Below are positions 12,601 through 21,122 of a stretch of DNA of 64,000 nucleotides, in pieces. Position 1 is the first letter of the stretch, and each line of letters starts with the position of its first letter. Source of the DNA: an uncultured beta proteobacterium (GTDB lineage: Bacteria; Pseudomonadota; Gammaproteobacteria; Burkholderiales; Casimicrobiaceae); assembly GCA_963816445.1 (NCBI GenBank), contig CAWFKO010000002.1, forward strand, positions 384,790 to 448,789, in the 5' to 3' direction. Made by a program: the position numbers and the translations under genes. The notes beneath the pieces are model-generated. The model saw only the letters and a list, made by a program, of their open reading frames with translations. It ran no database searches and was not told the origin of the DNA.

Positions 12601-13165
12601 TGCCCATCGGGTACAGGTCGATCAGCCCACCGCGTATCGTATATTCGCCCGGCGAGACGACCTGCGTCACGTGCTGGTAGCCGGCGAGCGTGAGTTGCGC
12701 GCGCAGTGCGTCCACATTCAGCGTCTCGCCCTGCGTCAGGAAAAACGTGAATGCCGCCAGGTACGCCGGCGGCGCCAGTCGGTAGAGCGTGGTCGTCGCC
12801 GCGACCAGCAGTACGTCGCATTCGCTGCGCGAGGCGAGGTAGAGCGTCGCCAGGCGCTCCGAGACGAGATCCTGGTGCGGTGAAAAATGATCGTAGGGGA
12901 GGGTCTCCCAGTCTGGTAGCCTCGCGACGCGCAACGACGGCGCAAACCACGCGATTTCGTCGGCGATTCGCTGCATTGCGAGCGCGTCGGCGCAAACGAC
13001 GGCAAGGAGCTGACCGCGCGTGGCCGCTTCGGTGGCGCATTGCGCGAGCGCGAGCGAGTCCGCGGAGCCGGCAAGCGGCGCCGCTGACGCCTTGCGTCCG
13101 GGCGCGGGCAGCGCCGGCAACAGGCGCGGAAGCGGGTAGATCACTGCGGAAACGGGCGACAGCAC
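9662..13165 (-). CDS. mfd: Transcription-repair coupling factor
   Basis: The 1167-aa protein has a UvrB-homology N-terminus and an RNAP-interaction domain. The superfamily 2 helicase motifs are present (LVCGDVGFGKTEVALRAAF, IIDEEHRFGV, TATPIPRTL, QLHQLRGRVGRS), as is the TRG/C-terminal domain. Confidence 0.97.
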   Translation of the reverse strand: MLSPVSAVIYPLPRLLPALPAPGRKASAAPLAGSADSLALAQCATEAATRGQLLAVVCADALAMQRIADEIAWFAPSLRVARLPDWETLPYDHFSPHQDLVSERLATLYLASRSECDVLLVAATTTLYRLAPPAYLAAFTFFLTQGETLNVDALRAQLTLAGYQHVTQVVSPGEYTIRGGLIDLYPMGSTLPYRIDLFDNDIESIRTFDVDTQRTVYPVSNVRLLPAREFPLDDAARARFRGRFREVFEGDPSKSPLYKDISNGIAPGGIEYYLPLFFDATATLFDYLPPAAALCLHGDVAGAVAGFWQDTDSRYRLLRGDKARPLLPPHEIFLSEDAFNAALKPYARIELRQAPPPQPPAVHGEGELSARPPATPSTEPLPPIQVDRRADDPLRALKRYVTGTRERVLVVAESLGRRETMQQYFAEYGLKPAIVGGWEEFVASDASPALAVGPAHTGFAWSEGNVALITEAELYASAVRRLGKREARRSNIDAMLRDLSEMRIGDPVVHEQHGIGRYLGLTTLDLGDGANEFLHLLYANDAKLYVPVSSLHLISRYSGASPDAAPLHELGSGQWDRAKKRAAKRAHDTAAELLNLYAQRAAREGHAFKFNVHDYEAFAEGFGFEETPDQAAAIEAVITDLTSGKPMDRLVCGDVGFGKTEVALRAAFVAIADGKQVAVLVPTTLLAEQHLQVFSDRFAELPVKLAELSRFRSGKEATAAVEGLANGTIDLVIGTHKLIQPDVKFKRLGLVIIDEEHRFGVRQKEQLKRLRAEVDVLTLTATPIPRTLAMSLEGLRDFSVIATAPERRLAIKTFVAPYSSGTVREACLRELKRGGQIYFLHNDIDTIVNMRDKIAALVPEARIAIAHGQMPERELERVMRDFYQQRNNLLLCSTIIETGIDVPSANTILIHRADKFGLAQLHQLRGRVGRSHHQAYAYLLTPPEGAPSALARKRLEAIQLMEDLGSGFYLAMHDLEIRGAGEVLGDEQSGEMQEIGFQLYTDMLKAAVDALKSGREPDLTEPLGVTTEISLHIPALLPEDYCNDVHERLVLYKRLANCSTAEQLTTMQEELIDRFGLPPEPTQALLACHRLRLLAKPLGVIKIDAGPERTQLHFARNPSLDPTRLIALVQRDGRYRFAGQDRVRIERAAPEIDDRIALVEDFLKRLA

Positions 13166-13288
13166 GGGAATGACGCAGCTAAATACGCAATTATACGTGG
13201 GGCGCGATGGACTCCTGCGCGCCAGCGTTTCCGTGTCAAAAGCGGAAGCAGGCGCGCTTTAGCTGCGCCACCTCGGCGATAATGCGCC

Positions 13289-14224
13289 ATGGACATCCCC
13301 TCTGCGCCGAGACACGCGCACACGGTCTCGCCGTACCTGTTGCTCACGCTGACGCCGTTCTTCTGGGCGTGCAACTGGATCATTGGCCGGGGCCTTGCCA
13401 CATCAATCCCGCCGATGGCGATGACGTTCTACCGCTGGTTTTTCGCCTTGCTCATGCTCGCACCGTTCGCGTGGCCGCATGTGAAGTGCGAATGGCCGAT
13501 CGTGTGGCGCAACCGCCGCATCATGCTGTTGCTGGGAGTGGTTGGCATTGGCACGCACAACGCACTGGCCTACCTGGGCCTCAACTACACGACGGCGATG
13601 AATGGCGTGATCCTGAATTCCTTCATACCGGTGATGATCATAGCGCTGTCATGGGTATTCCTGCGGCAGCGTCTGGCGCCGGTGCAGCTCATGGGTGTCG
13701 CCGTGTCGCTGTCCGGCGTGCTGTCGATCCTGTCGCAGGGGAGTCTGGAGACGCTGGCCACGTTCCAGGTCAATCGCGGCGACCTGTTTGTGATCCTGTC
13801 GATGCTGCTCTGGTCGATCTACACGATTTGCCTGCGCTGGAAGCCGGCCGGACTGCATATGCTCACGTTTCTGTTCGTGATCGCTGTGATCGGCGACACG
13901 GTGATCCTGCCGTTCTACTTGGTGGAATCGGCGATGGGGGCGATATTGACTTTCACACCGACCAGCATCGCCGCGCTGCTTTGCGTCGCGCTGTTCTCGT
14001 CGGTGCTGGCGTACATTTTCTGGAATCGCGGCGTGGAGCAGGTGGGCGCCAGCGTGGCCGGCCTGTTCGTGCACCTGATGCCGGTGTTCGGAACGATCCT
14101 GGCGTGGCTGTTCCTTGGTGAGCGCCTGCACGCTTACCACGTCGTCGGCATCGCGCTCATCCTGAGCGGAATCTACGTCACCAGCCGTGCCGCCGCGAGG
14201 CCGATCGTCGCGCCGCTCGAGTAG
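13289..14224 (+). CDS. DMT superfamily (EamA-like) transporter
   Basis: It has ten predicted hydrophobic segments arranged as two EamA-like halves (LLTLTPFFWACNWIIGR...; ...VFGTILAWLFLGERL). Confidence 0.8.
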   Translation: MDIPSAPRHAHTVSPYLLLTLTPFFWACNWIIGRGLATSIPPMAMTFYRWFFALLMLAPFAWPHVKCEWPIVWRNRRIMLLLGVVGIGTHNALAYLGLNYTTAMNGVILNSFIPVMIIALSWVFLRQRLAPVQLMGVAVSLSGVLSILSQGSLETLATFQVNRGDLFVILSMLLWSIYTICLRWKPAGLHMLTFLFVIAVIGDTVILPFYLVESAMGAILTFTPTSIAALLCVALFSSVLAYIFWNRGVEQVGASVAGLFVHLMPVFGTILAWLFLGERLHAYHVVGIALILSGIYVTSRAAARPIVAPLE

Positions 14225-14348
14225 CTGCCGCGTGCGAATGAAATTCGCACCCACGAATGTTGGGCTGTCATGGGACCGAATTTAGTCGGCCGCGGTGATA
14301 GATCCTACAGTGGCGTGCGAATGAATTCGCGGCTACCGGATCACGAGG

Positions 14349-15917
14349 TCAGCCCGACAGGAGCTTGCGTACCAGCGCGATGTAGTCGGTCTTGGCTTGC
14401 TCGCTCGTGACGCCGCGCAGTTTTTCCCATGCGTCGAACTTCGCGCGACCCACGGGATCCATGAGTCCGGGCGGTTCGCCCGAAGCGTCGCCCGATCCAG
14501 CCTGCTTGTACAGCGCGTAGAGCTCCAGCAGCGTTGCCGAGTCCGGGCGTTTGGCAAGGGTCCGGCTTGCGTCGGCTGCGCGCGCGAAGCGTTCGTCGAG
14601 CGCGCCGCTTTCGAGATCCGCTGCCGGCGTCGCGACCGAGGGTTGCGGCGCTGGCGTCGTCGGAGTCGCGGCCGACGTCGGCACGTCCCCGTCGCGCCAG
14701 AACGCGTCCGCGGCGGCGTTGTCCGCGGCGAGGTGCCAGACCTCGGCGACGCGGCCCTCAGCCCCGCGGATCACCATCGTCGCGGTCCCGGTAAACTTGC
14801 GCCCCTTGCGTGTCGCGGAAAAGCGCAGCGCTGCCGCCGCCAATCGATCGGTGACGGCGACCGGTCCGACCTCCTCGAACGCCAGCGTTCCTTCGGAGAG
14901 CTCCATCAACTGTGAGAAGAATTGCACGAGTTGACTGCGCCCCGCGTGCTCACCCGCTATCGCACTGGTACCAGGCTGGTGCCACAGCACGTCCGATGCG
15001 AACAGCCGGATGAGCGTCTCGTATTGCTGGCCTTTGAGCGCGCCGAAATAATCGTCGGCCAGACGGCGCAGGTCTTCGGGAGACATTCGGGGTCCTTCCT
15101 CGCGCGTCCGGCGCGGGTTAAGGGCGGCATCGGCATCGGCGTCGAAGTGCTCGAGCACGCGGCGCGCGACGAGGTCGCGGTCGTTGTCGACGCAGATCAT
15201 GTGATAGCTATTGTCGAGGAGCTGCACCGTCGTGTGGTCGGGGCCAACCTGTTGCTGCAGAAACTCGGCGGATTTGGGGCTGGTCAGCTCGTCCTCGCGT
15301 GCATGGCAAATCAGCACTGGACAACCGATGGCGTCGAGACCCGACATCACCCAGCCGCGCAGCCGGTCCACCTGTTCGATGCACGCCAACGGCACCCAGC
15401 GGTAATGAAACGCCTCGCCGCGTGCGAACTTGGCTTTGACGATGTTGCGTACGAGGTCGTTCTTGATTCCGTACGGATCTTCCTCCTCGACGCGCATGCC
15501 ACGCAGCCATGGCATCCAGTAGAGGTACTTGCGCAGATTGACGTACCACGGCGTCGCCCAGCCATCGATGTAGATCGGCGGCGCCAGCGCCACGAGCTTG
15601 CCCTTGGCGTGCCCCTCGCGCTTGACGACTTCGATGCTCAGCAGCGCGCCCATGCACATGCCGCACACGTGCAACGTGTCGTAGCGGCCGATGAGCTGGC
15701 GGTAGAGCGCTTGCACCGCGCCGAGCCAGTCCTCGGCTTTGACGTCGAGCAGGTCCTCAGGCGTCGTGCCGTGGCCGGGAAGCGTCAGCGAATGCGTCGC
15801 GAAGCCGGCGCGCTGCAGCGTCTTGTGCATCGAGCCCAGGTCGTATTGCGTGCCGCCCAGCCCGTGCACCATGAGCACCGCGGCGTTGCCAACCGGCGTC
15901 ACCAGGGAGCCCCTCAT
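14349..15917 (-). CDS. Three-domain fusion: alpha/beta hydrolase, SnoaL/NTF2-like domain and acyl-CoA-binding (ACBP) domain
   Basis: The N-terminus (VLMVHGLGGTQYD...HVCGMCMGALL...ICHAREDELT...SYHMI) is esterase/lipase-like. The middle (LFASDVLWHQPG...GRVAEVWHLA) is NTF2-like. The C-terminus (LLELYALYKQAGSGDASGEPPGLMDPVGRAKFDAWEKLRGVTSEQAKTDYIALV) is the ACBP signature. Confidence 0.75.
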   Translation of the reverse strand: MRGSLVTPVGNAAVLMVHGLGGTQYDLGSMHKTLQRAGFATHSLTLPGHGTTPEDLLDVKAEDWLGAVQALYRQLIGRYDTLHVCGMCMGALLSIEVVKREGHAKGKLVALAPPIYIDGWATPWYVNLRKYLYWMPWLRGMRVEEEDPYGIKNDLVRNIVKAKFARGEAFHYRWVPLACIEQVDRLRGWVMSGLDAIGCPVLICHAREDELTSPKSAEFLQQQVGPDHTTVQLLDNSYHMICVDNDRDLVARRVLEHFDADADAALNPRRTREEGPRMSPEDLRRLADDYFGALKGQQYETLIRLFASDVLWHQPGTSAIAGEHAGRSQLVQFFSQLMELSEGTLAFEEVGPVAVTDRLAAAALRFSATRKGRKFTGTATMVIRGAEGRVAEVWHLAADNAAADAFWRDGDVPTSAATPTTPAPQPSVATPAADLESGALDERFARAADASRTLAKRPDSATLLELYALYKQAGSGDASGEPPGLMDPVGRAKFDAWEKLRGVTSEQAKTDYIALVRKLLSG

Positions 15918-15960
15918 TGCCGGCGGTTCCCACGGATTGCAAGGGACTGCAGTCGGACCA

Positions 15961-17256
15961 CTATGCGCCCGCGATCACCCGCGCCATGCCTGCGATGCGG
16001 TAGATCGTGCCGTCGAAGTCGGCGATTGCGCGGGCGACGAACTCGACCTGCGTTGCGCCGCGACCACCGGGCCAGACGATGGTCGCGGCGTGCGCCTCGG
16101 ATTCCGACGCGCGCAGCGCGTCGAACATGAGCCGCAGCCGCACGCGCGCCGCGCCCTCGACGTGCGTGGTGACGGCGTCGAGCGAGGCGAGCTGGGCGGC
16201 TGGCTGCCCGAGCACCTCCTCGACGTTATCCCCCCACACGACCGTACCCGATGCGGGATCGACATCGAACACGACCTGGCCGGCGGCTGTCGCCGCGGCC
16301 TCATAGCGGATACGCCAGGCGTCGGACTCGCGCAACGCGCGCTCCTGTTCCGAGCGCATCGCCGCAATGAGCAACGCCATCAGCGCGGTGATCGCGAGAT
16401 AGAGCTGGAGCTCGTAGATCGAGTGCTCGAGACCCGAGGTTTGCGAGATGAAGTGCCCGTTACCGCGGCTCATGCTTAGCAGCGCGATGGTGCCAAGGGC
16501 CAGCAGCGACACGCTGCCGCCGCGCACCCCCCACGCCAGCGCCGTGAGCACGATGAAGGGCTCGGGCAGGTAGGTGAGTGAGAGGCGAATGTACTCGGGG
16601 AAGACCTCGATGACGCGATTGCCGAAGACCGCGAACAGCGTAAGCAGCAGCAGGACGAAAAAAACGAGGCCGAGGCGGAAGTCGCGCTTCGCGAGCCCTC
16701 CCGAGCGCTTCGGACGAAAATCCGACCAGGCGATGATCGCCGGCGCCACCAGCAGCGTGCCGACAAAATTGGAAAGTGTCCACATGCCCCATCCCGCAAC
16801 GAAGGGCGCGCCCTGGGTGGCGGTGAGGAGCGCAGCGCCGGGGGTCGCCGACAGCAGCGCGCCGCCCAGTGCGCCGACGAGCACGAACACTTCGATGGCG
16901 CGCAGCGAATCGAGCCGCGGCGGGCGACCCAGCCAACGCTGCAGGCCCCACGCTGCCGCACCCGAGGACACGAGCTCGACAGCGGCGAAGGCGAGGGCCA
17001 GGCCGATCGGCTCGCCGTGAACCAACGATACGGCGGCCGTGGCGATGGCGAAGGCGACGAGATACGGCGTCCAGCGCGCGACGGGCAGCAGCGAGAGGAC
17101 GCCGATCGTGACGCCGCTCGCCGGCCAGACGTAAGCGGCGTGCGTCTGCGGGTCGATGAACTGGTTGCCGACGACGCCACCGCCGAAAAACAGCAGACCG
17201 GCAATCAGCGGCAAGACCAGCGGCGGGCGGAGCCCACCGGTGGGCTTTCCATCCAT
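15961..17256 (-). CDS. Membrane sensor with a MASE1 domain and a C-terminal PAS-like domain; no recognisable output domain
   Basis: There are about 8 hydrophobic segments with a MASE1-like start (AAYVWPASGVTIGVLSLL). After the last segment comes a ~120-aa soluble block (WRIRYEAAATAAGQVVFDVDPASGTVVWGDNVEEVLG...) that resembles PAS. The ORF ends without a kinase, GGDEF or EAL domain. Confidence 0.6.
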   Translation of the reverse strand: MDGKPTGGLRPPLVLPLIAGLLFFGGGVVGNQFIDPQTHAAYVWPASGVTIGVLSLLPVARWTPYLVAFAIATAAVSLVHGEPIGLALAFAAVELVSSGAAAWGLQRWLGRPPRLDSLRAIEVFVLVGALGGALLSATPGAALLTATQGAPFVAGWGMWTLSNFVGTLLVAPAIIAWSDFRPKRSGGLAKRDFRLGLVFFVLLLLTLFAVFGNRVIEVFPEYIRLSLTYLPEPFIVLTALAWGVRGGSVSLLALGTIALLSMSRGNGHFISQTSGLEHSIYELQLYLAITALMALLIAAMRSEQERALRESDAWRIRYEAAATAAGQVVFDVDPASGTVVWGDNVEEVLGQPAAQLASLDAVTTHVEGAARVRLRLMFDALRASESEAHAATIVWPGGRGATQVEFVARAIADFDGTIYRIAGMARVIAGA

Positions 17257-17308
17257 GGTGGCTCCTCCGCGGAGGTCACCTCAGCATGACCAAGGCGCTC
17301 CGCCGGCT

Positions 17309-18757
17309 TCAGGCCTTCACGCGACCGTACTGATCGTCGAAGCGAACGATGTCATCTTCGCCCAGATAGTCGCCGCACTGCACTTCGATCATCACCAGCG
17401 GTTCGGTGGTCTGGTTCTCCAGACGATGCCGCGTCTCCGGTGGGATGAAAGTCGATTCGTTGGTCGTCACTGCGTACACGCGCTCGCCATTGGTGACACG
17501 CGCCGTGCCGCTGACGACGACCCAATGCTCGGCGCGGTGGTGGTGCAGCTGCAACGAGAGCATGCCGCCCGGCTTGACCTCGATGCGCTTGATCTTGAAG
17601 CCGGGCCCTTCCTGCAGCACGGTATAGGCGCCCCAAGGCCGCGATACGGTGCGATGCAGCTTGTACGCATCGTGACCCCGCGCCTTGAGCTCGCCGACCA
17701 CTTCACGGACGCGCTGCAGGTGATCGCGGTGCGCGACCAGCACGGCGTCCGGCGTGTCGACGATCACCAGATCATTGACGCCGACCGTCGCTACGACCCG
17801 GTCCTCGGCGTGAACAAAGGTGCCGTGCGTGTCGATCGCCACGCGTTCGCCCTGGCCGCGGTTGCCGGACGCATCGGGTGCGCTGAGCGCCGAGACAGCC
17901 TGCCATGAGCCGACGTCGCTCCAGTCGAAGTCGCCGCGCACGACAGCGACGTTGCTGGCCTTCTCCATCACCGCATAGTCGATCGAAATATCCGGCACCG
18001 CGGCGAACAGAGCGGCGTCGATTTCGAGCATCGGAGCGTCCTTCTGCGTCTGGAGCGCGCGCCAGACGCTGCGCACGGATTCGATGACGACCGGCGCATG
18101 CTCGTCGAAGGCGGCGAGGATCGTCGCGGGCGTGAAGCAGAACATCCCGGAATTCCACGCATGGCGCCCGGTGGCGAGGAATGCGGCCGCATCTGCAAGC
18201 GGCGGCTTCTCGATGAAACGCCGCACGCGAAAAGTGTCGGCGACATCCAGCGCTTCGCCGCATTCGATGTAGCCGTACCCCGTCTCGGGATGCGTCGGCT
18301 GGATACCGAAGGTCGCGAGCCATCCGCCGCGCGCGAGCGTCGCCGCACGCTCGACCGCAGCGGCGAAGGCGACGTTGTCCTGGATCAGGTGGTCGGCAGG
18401 CAGCACCAACAATGTTATGTCGCCGCCATAGACCGACTCGGCATAGAGCGCGCCCAGCGCGATCGCGGGCGCGGTGTTGCGGCCGAATGGCTCCAGCAGA
18501 TAGGTCCAGCGCCGCTGCGCTTCCGCGTGCGGCATGCGTGCGCCGGCGTACACATCCCTGGTGTGAAAGTAATAGTCGCGATTGGTGATCGTCAGCAGTC
18601 CAGCGATGCTGGGAAGCGACGCCGCGCGCACTGCCGTCTTGCCGAGCAGCGTGTCGCCGTCGGGCAAGGGCATGAAAGGCTTGGGCGCCGCTTCGCGCGA
18701 GAGCGGCCAGAGCCGTGTTCCGGCTCCGCCGGATAGGATGATCGGGACCAGCACCAT
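17309..18757 (-). CDS. manC: Mannose-1-phosphate guanylyltransferase / mannose-6-phosphate isomerase (bifunctional, type II PMI)
   Basis: The N-terminal nucleotidyltransferase motif is IILSGGAGTRLWPLSR. The C-terminal cupin region includes RPWGAYTVL...KRIEVKPGGMLSLQLHHHRAEHWVVVSG. The start was set at MVLVPII (18757). Confidence 0.9.
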   Translation of the reverse strand: MVLVPIILSGGAGTRLWPLSREAAPKPFMPLPDGDTLLGKTAVRAASLPSIAGLLTITNRDYYFHTRDVYAGARMPHAEAQRRWTYLLEPFGRNTAPAIALGALYAESVYGGDITLLVLPADHLIQDNVAFAAAVERAATLARGGWLATFGIQPTHPETGYGYIECGEALDVADTFRVRRFIEKPPLADAAAFLATGRHAWNSGMFCFTPATILAAFDEHAPVVIESVRSVWRALQTQKDAPMLEIDAALFAAVPDISIDYAVMEKASNVAVVRGDFDWSDVGSWQAVSALSAPDASGNRGQGERVAIDTHGTFVHAEDRVVATVGVNDLVIVDTPDAVLVAHRDHLQRVREVVGELKARGHDAYKLHRTVSRPWGAYTVLQEGPGFKIKRIEVKPGGMLSLQLHHHRAEHWVVVSGTARVTNGERVYAVTTNESTFIPPETRHRLENQTTEPLVMIEVQCGDYLGEDDIVRFDDQYGRVKA

Positions 18758-18909
18758 GACGAGTGCGCTCCGGCGAAAGGTTATCTCGGGACAGGCAGCA
18801 TTGTACCCGATCGTGCCATCGTGTTGACGGATCACCCATGCGTCGCTACCGTGTTCTCCACTCTTCGCGCAGCATTTGACCGTCGTTCCAATACGAGCCT
18901 TACACTTTC

Positions 18910-19851
18910 ATGTCCGCAATTCCCCAGTCGGTCGACGGCGTGTGTCCTGTACTTGCAACACCCTTCGATGCGTTCGGCACGCCGGACGAGATGTCGCTGG
19001 CGAGCGTAGTCGATTACGTGGTGGCATGCGGCGTCGACGCGGTGGTCTTTCCCGGCGTGGCGAGCGAAGTCGAGCAATTGAACGCGGCCGAGCGCGAGCG
19101 TCTGGTCGGGCTGGTTGCGCGACAGGCGGCGCGACGCGTGCCGCTGATCGTCGGCGCGAGCGCCGTCGATGTCGCGACCAGCGTGCGGCACATGCGCCAC
19201 GCCGCCGATGTCGGCGCGACGGCGGTGATGGTCATGGCGCCGGCGAAGCTCGCCGGCAATCCTGCGGCGCTGCTCGCGCACTATCGCGAGCTCGCAGCGG
19301 CCAGCACTATTCCGATCATGCTGCAAAACGCACCGCCGCCTGCCGGGGCGGGATTCGACATGTCGGTCATTGCGTCCGTGGTCGCGACGGTGCCCGAGGT
19401 GCGCTATGTCAAGGAAGAAGCGATGCCTTGCGGACAGCGCATCTCGGCGCTGCTTGCGCGGCCCGAGCTGGCCAAAGCGGCGCACTTCGGCGGCGTGCTC
19501 GGTGGCGCCGGCGGCCGTTACCTCCTCGACGAGCTCGCGCGCGGCGCGATCGGCACCATGCCTGCCTGCGAGCTTGCCGACGTGCATGTCGCCCTGATGC
19601 GCGCGTGGCTTGGTGGGGACCGCGGCCGCGCGCGAGTGCTTTACAACCGCTCGCTGCCGCTCCTCAATTTTCAGGCGGTGTTCCGCTGGGCGATGACCAA
19701 GGAGGTCCTGCGGCGGCGCGGCATCATCGAGTGCGCATTTGTGCGCGCGCCGGGGCCGCGGATGGACACGCAGGACCACGACGAGCTTGGCGCCATGCTC
19801 GACGAGATCGCCGACTTGCTGGTGACGTACCCAGCGCGAGCGGCCTCGTGA
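18910..19851 (+). CDS. Dihydrodipicolinate synthase family (class I aldolase/dehydratase) protein
   Basis: VCPVLATPFDAFG...VDAVVFPGVASEVEQLNAAER...MVMAP...RYVKEE shows DapA/NAL family architecture with the Schiff-base Lys region. It is the first gene of a co-directional transport/catabolic operon. Confidence 0.8.
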   Translation: MSAIPQSVDGVCPVLATPFDAFGTPDEMSLASVVDYVVACGVDAVVFPGVASEVEQLNAAERERLVGLVARQAARRVPLIVGASAVDVATSVRHMRHAADVGATAVMVMAPAKLAGNPAALLAHYRELAAASTIPIMLQNAPPPAGAGFDMSVIASVVATVPEVRYVKEEAMPCGQRISALLARPELAKAAHFGGVLGGAGGRYLLDELARGAIGTMPACELADVHVALMRAWLGGDRGRARVLYNRSLPLLNFQAVFRWAMTKEVLRRRGIIECAFVRAPGPRMDTQDHDELGAMLDEIADLLVTYPARAAS

Positions 19852-19886
19852 ACCACTCCCATGTTCCAACGGCTCGAGGAGTAACT

Positions 19887-21122
19887 ATGCAACGATGGGT
19901 CGTACGACTGGCAATGCTGCTGGCGCTCTGCGCGGCCCCGCCTGCATTCGCGCAAGGCGTCACGCTCGACTTTCCGAGCTGGCAGGCCGAGGAACCCGGA
20001 TTCTCCGACTGGTGGAAGGGCCTCATCCAGGAGTTCGAAGCCAAACATCCGGGCGTCAAGGTGAAGTTCTACTCGATCGCTTTTGCCAACTACGACAAGC
20101 AGCTTACCGTGCGCTTCGCTGGGCAGAATCCCCCCGACATCGTGCATTTGCCGTCGCGCAACTTTGCGAGCTTCGCCAGTCAGAACTGGCTGGAGCCGAT
20201 GGACGATATGCTCCGGAAAACCGACATTCCCGCGCACTGGTCGAAGCTGCAAAGCGACATGGTGTGGAACGGCAAGACTTACGGCCTCTTGCTGCTGCCT
20301 TACGGCAATCTCCTCTATTACAACGAGAAGCTCCTGCAGGACGCCGGAGTCAAGGTGCCGACGACTCCCGGCGAGTGGCTCGATGCGATGGCGAAGACCA
20401 CACAGCGCGACAAGGGCCAGTTCGGATTGGTGACGACGACAGCCGAGCATCCCAACATGTTCATCGACGCTGCGACGTGGGTGTTGGGCCAAAGACAGGA
20501 CTGGCTCAGAGGCGGCAAGTACAACTTCACCGATCCCGGTGTCGTCGCCGCGATGGACCAGTTCCGCAAGTCGCTCTCCTTTGCACCTCCTGGAACCAAT
20601 TCCGCGGTCGCGCGCCAGCTGTTCATCGACGGCAAGGCGGCATTCTTGCGCGACGGCCCGTGGGTTTGGGCGACGTTGCAAAAGGCGAAGCCGGAGATCC
20701 GTCCCTCGCTGAAGATGACGCAATTGCCGTTTCCCGTGATCACCGGCGGTGCCAGCAACAGCCTGCACATTCCGGCGAAGATCGAGGCGCAGAAGAAGCA
20801 GCTGGTGTGGGAATTCATCGCACTGGCGGCAAGCCCCGCCTGGCAGGCGAAATACGTGCAGCTGACCGGATCGCCGGCGGGGCGCGTCGGCATGATCACT
20901 GCGGAGCAGGCGATGAAGGATCCGCACCTCGCCGCAATCACGCAGGCGGCGGAAAACGCGGAAAACCTCTTTCCGACGCAGGCCGCGCTGCGCGAAAACT
21001 ATAACGAGTTCGCCACGCTGTTCAGCCGCGCGGTCGTGCGGATGCAGTCGTCGTCGCAGTCGACGGAAGCGATCCTGGCGAACCTGCAAAAAGAAACCGC
21101 TGCAGCGATTCCCCTTCCATGA
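19887..21122 (+). CDS. ABC transporter substrate-binding protein (family 1, sugar/CUT1-like)
   Basis: The signal peptide is MQRWVVRLAMLLALCAAPPAFAQ. It is followed by a typical SBP_bac_1 sequence (FYSIAFANYDKQLTVRFAGQNPPDIVHL...). The upstream part of ORF 18876..21122 overlaps the DapA-like gene in another frame. Confidence 0.85.
   Translation: MQRWVVRLAMLLALCAAPPAFAQGVTLDFPSWQAEEPGFSDWWKGLIQEFEAKHPGVKVKFYSIAFANYDKQLTVRFAGQNPPDIVHLPSRNFASFASQNWLEPMDDMLRKTDIPAHWSKLQSDMVWNGKTYGLLLLPYGNLLYYNEKLLQDAGVKVPTTPGEWLDAMAKTTQRDKGQFGLVTTTAEHPNMFIDAATWVLGQRQDWLRGGKYNFTDPGVVAAMDQFRKSLSFAPPGTNSAVARQLFIDGKAAFLRDGPWVWATLQKAKPEIRPSLKMTQLPFPVITGGASNSLHIPAKIEAQKKQLVWEFIALAASPAWQAKYVQLTGSPAGRVGMITAEQAMKDPHLAAITQAAENAENLFPTQAALRENYNEFATLFSRAVVRMQSSSQSTEAILANLQKETAAAIPLP

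Noticed and set aside
18876-21122. A 748-aa ORF suggesting a much longer binding protein. Similar N-terminal extensions occur in 22014..23996, 21547..22827, 7070..8440 and 6759..7829
   Set aside because: The extensions overlap the preceding genes in another frame and are compositionally junk. Internal ATGs that overlap the upstream stop codons give proteins of family-typical length, some with signal peptides.
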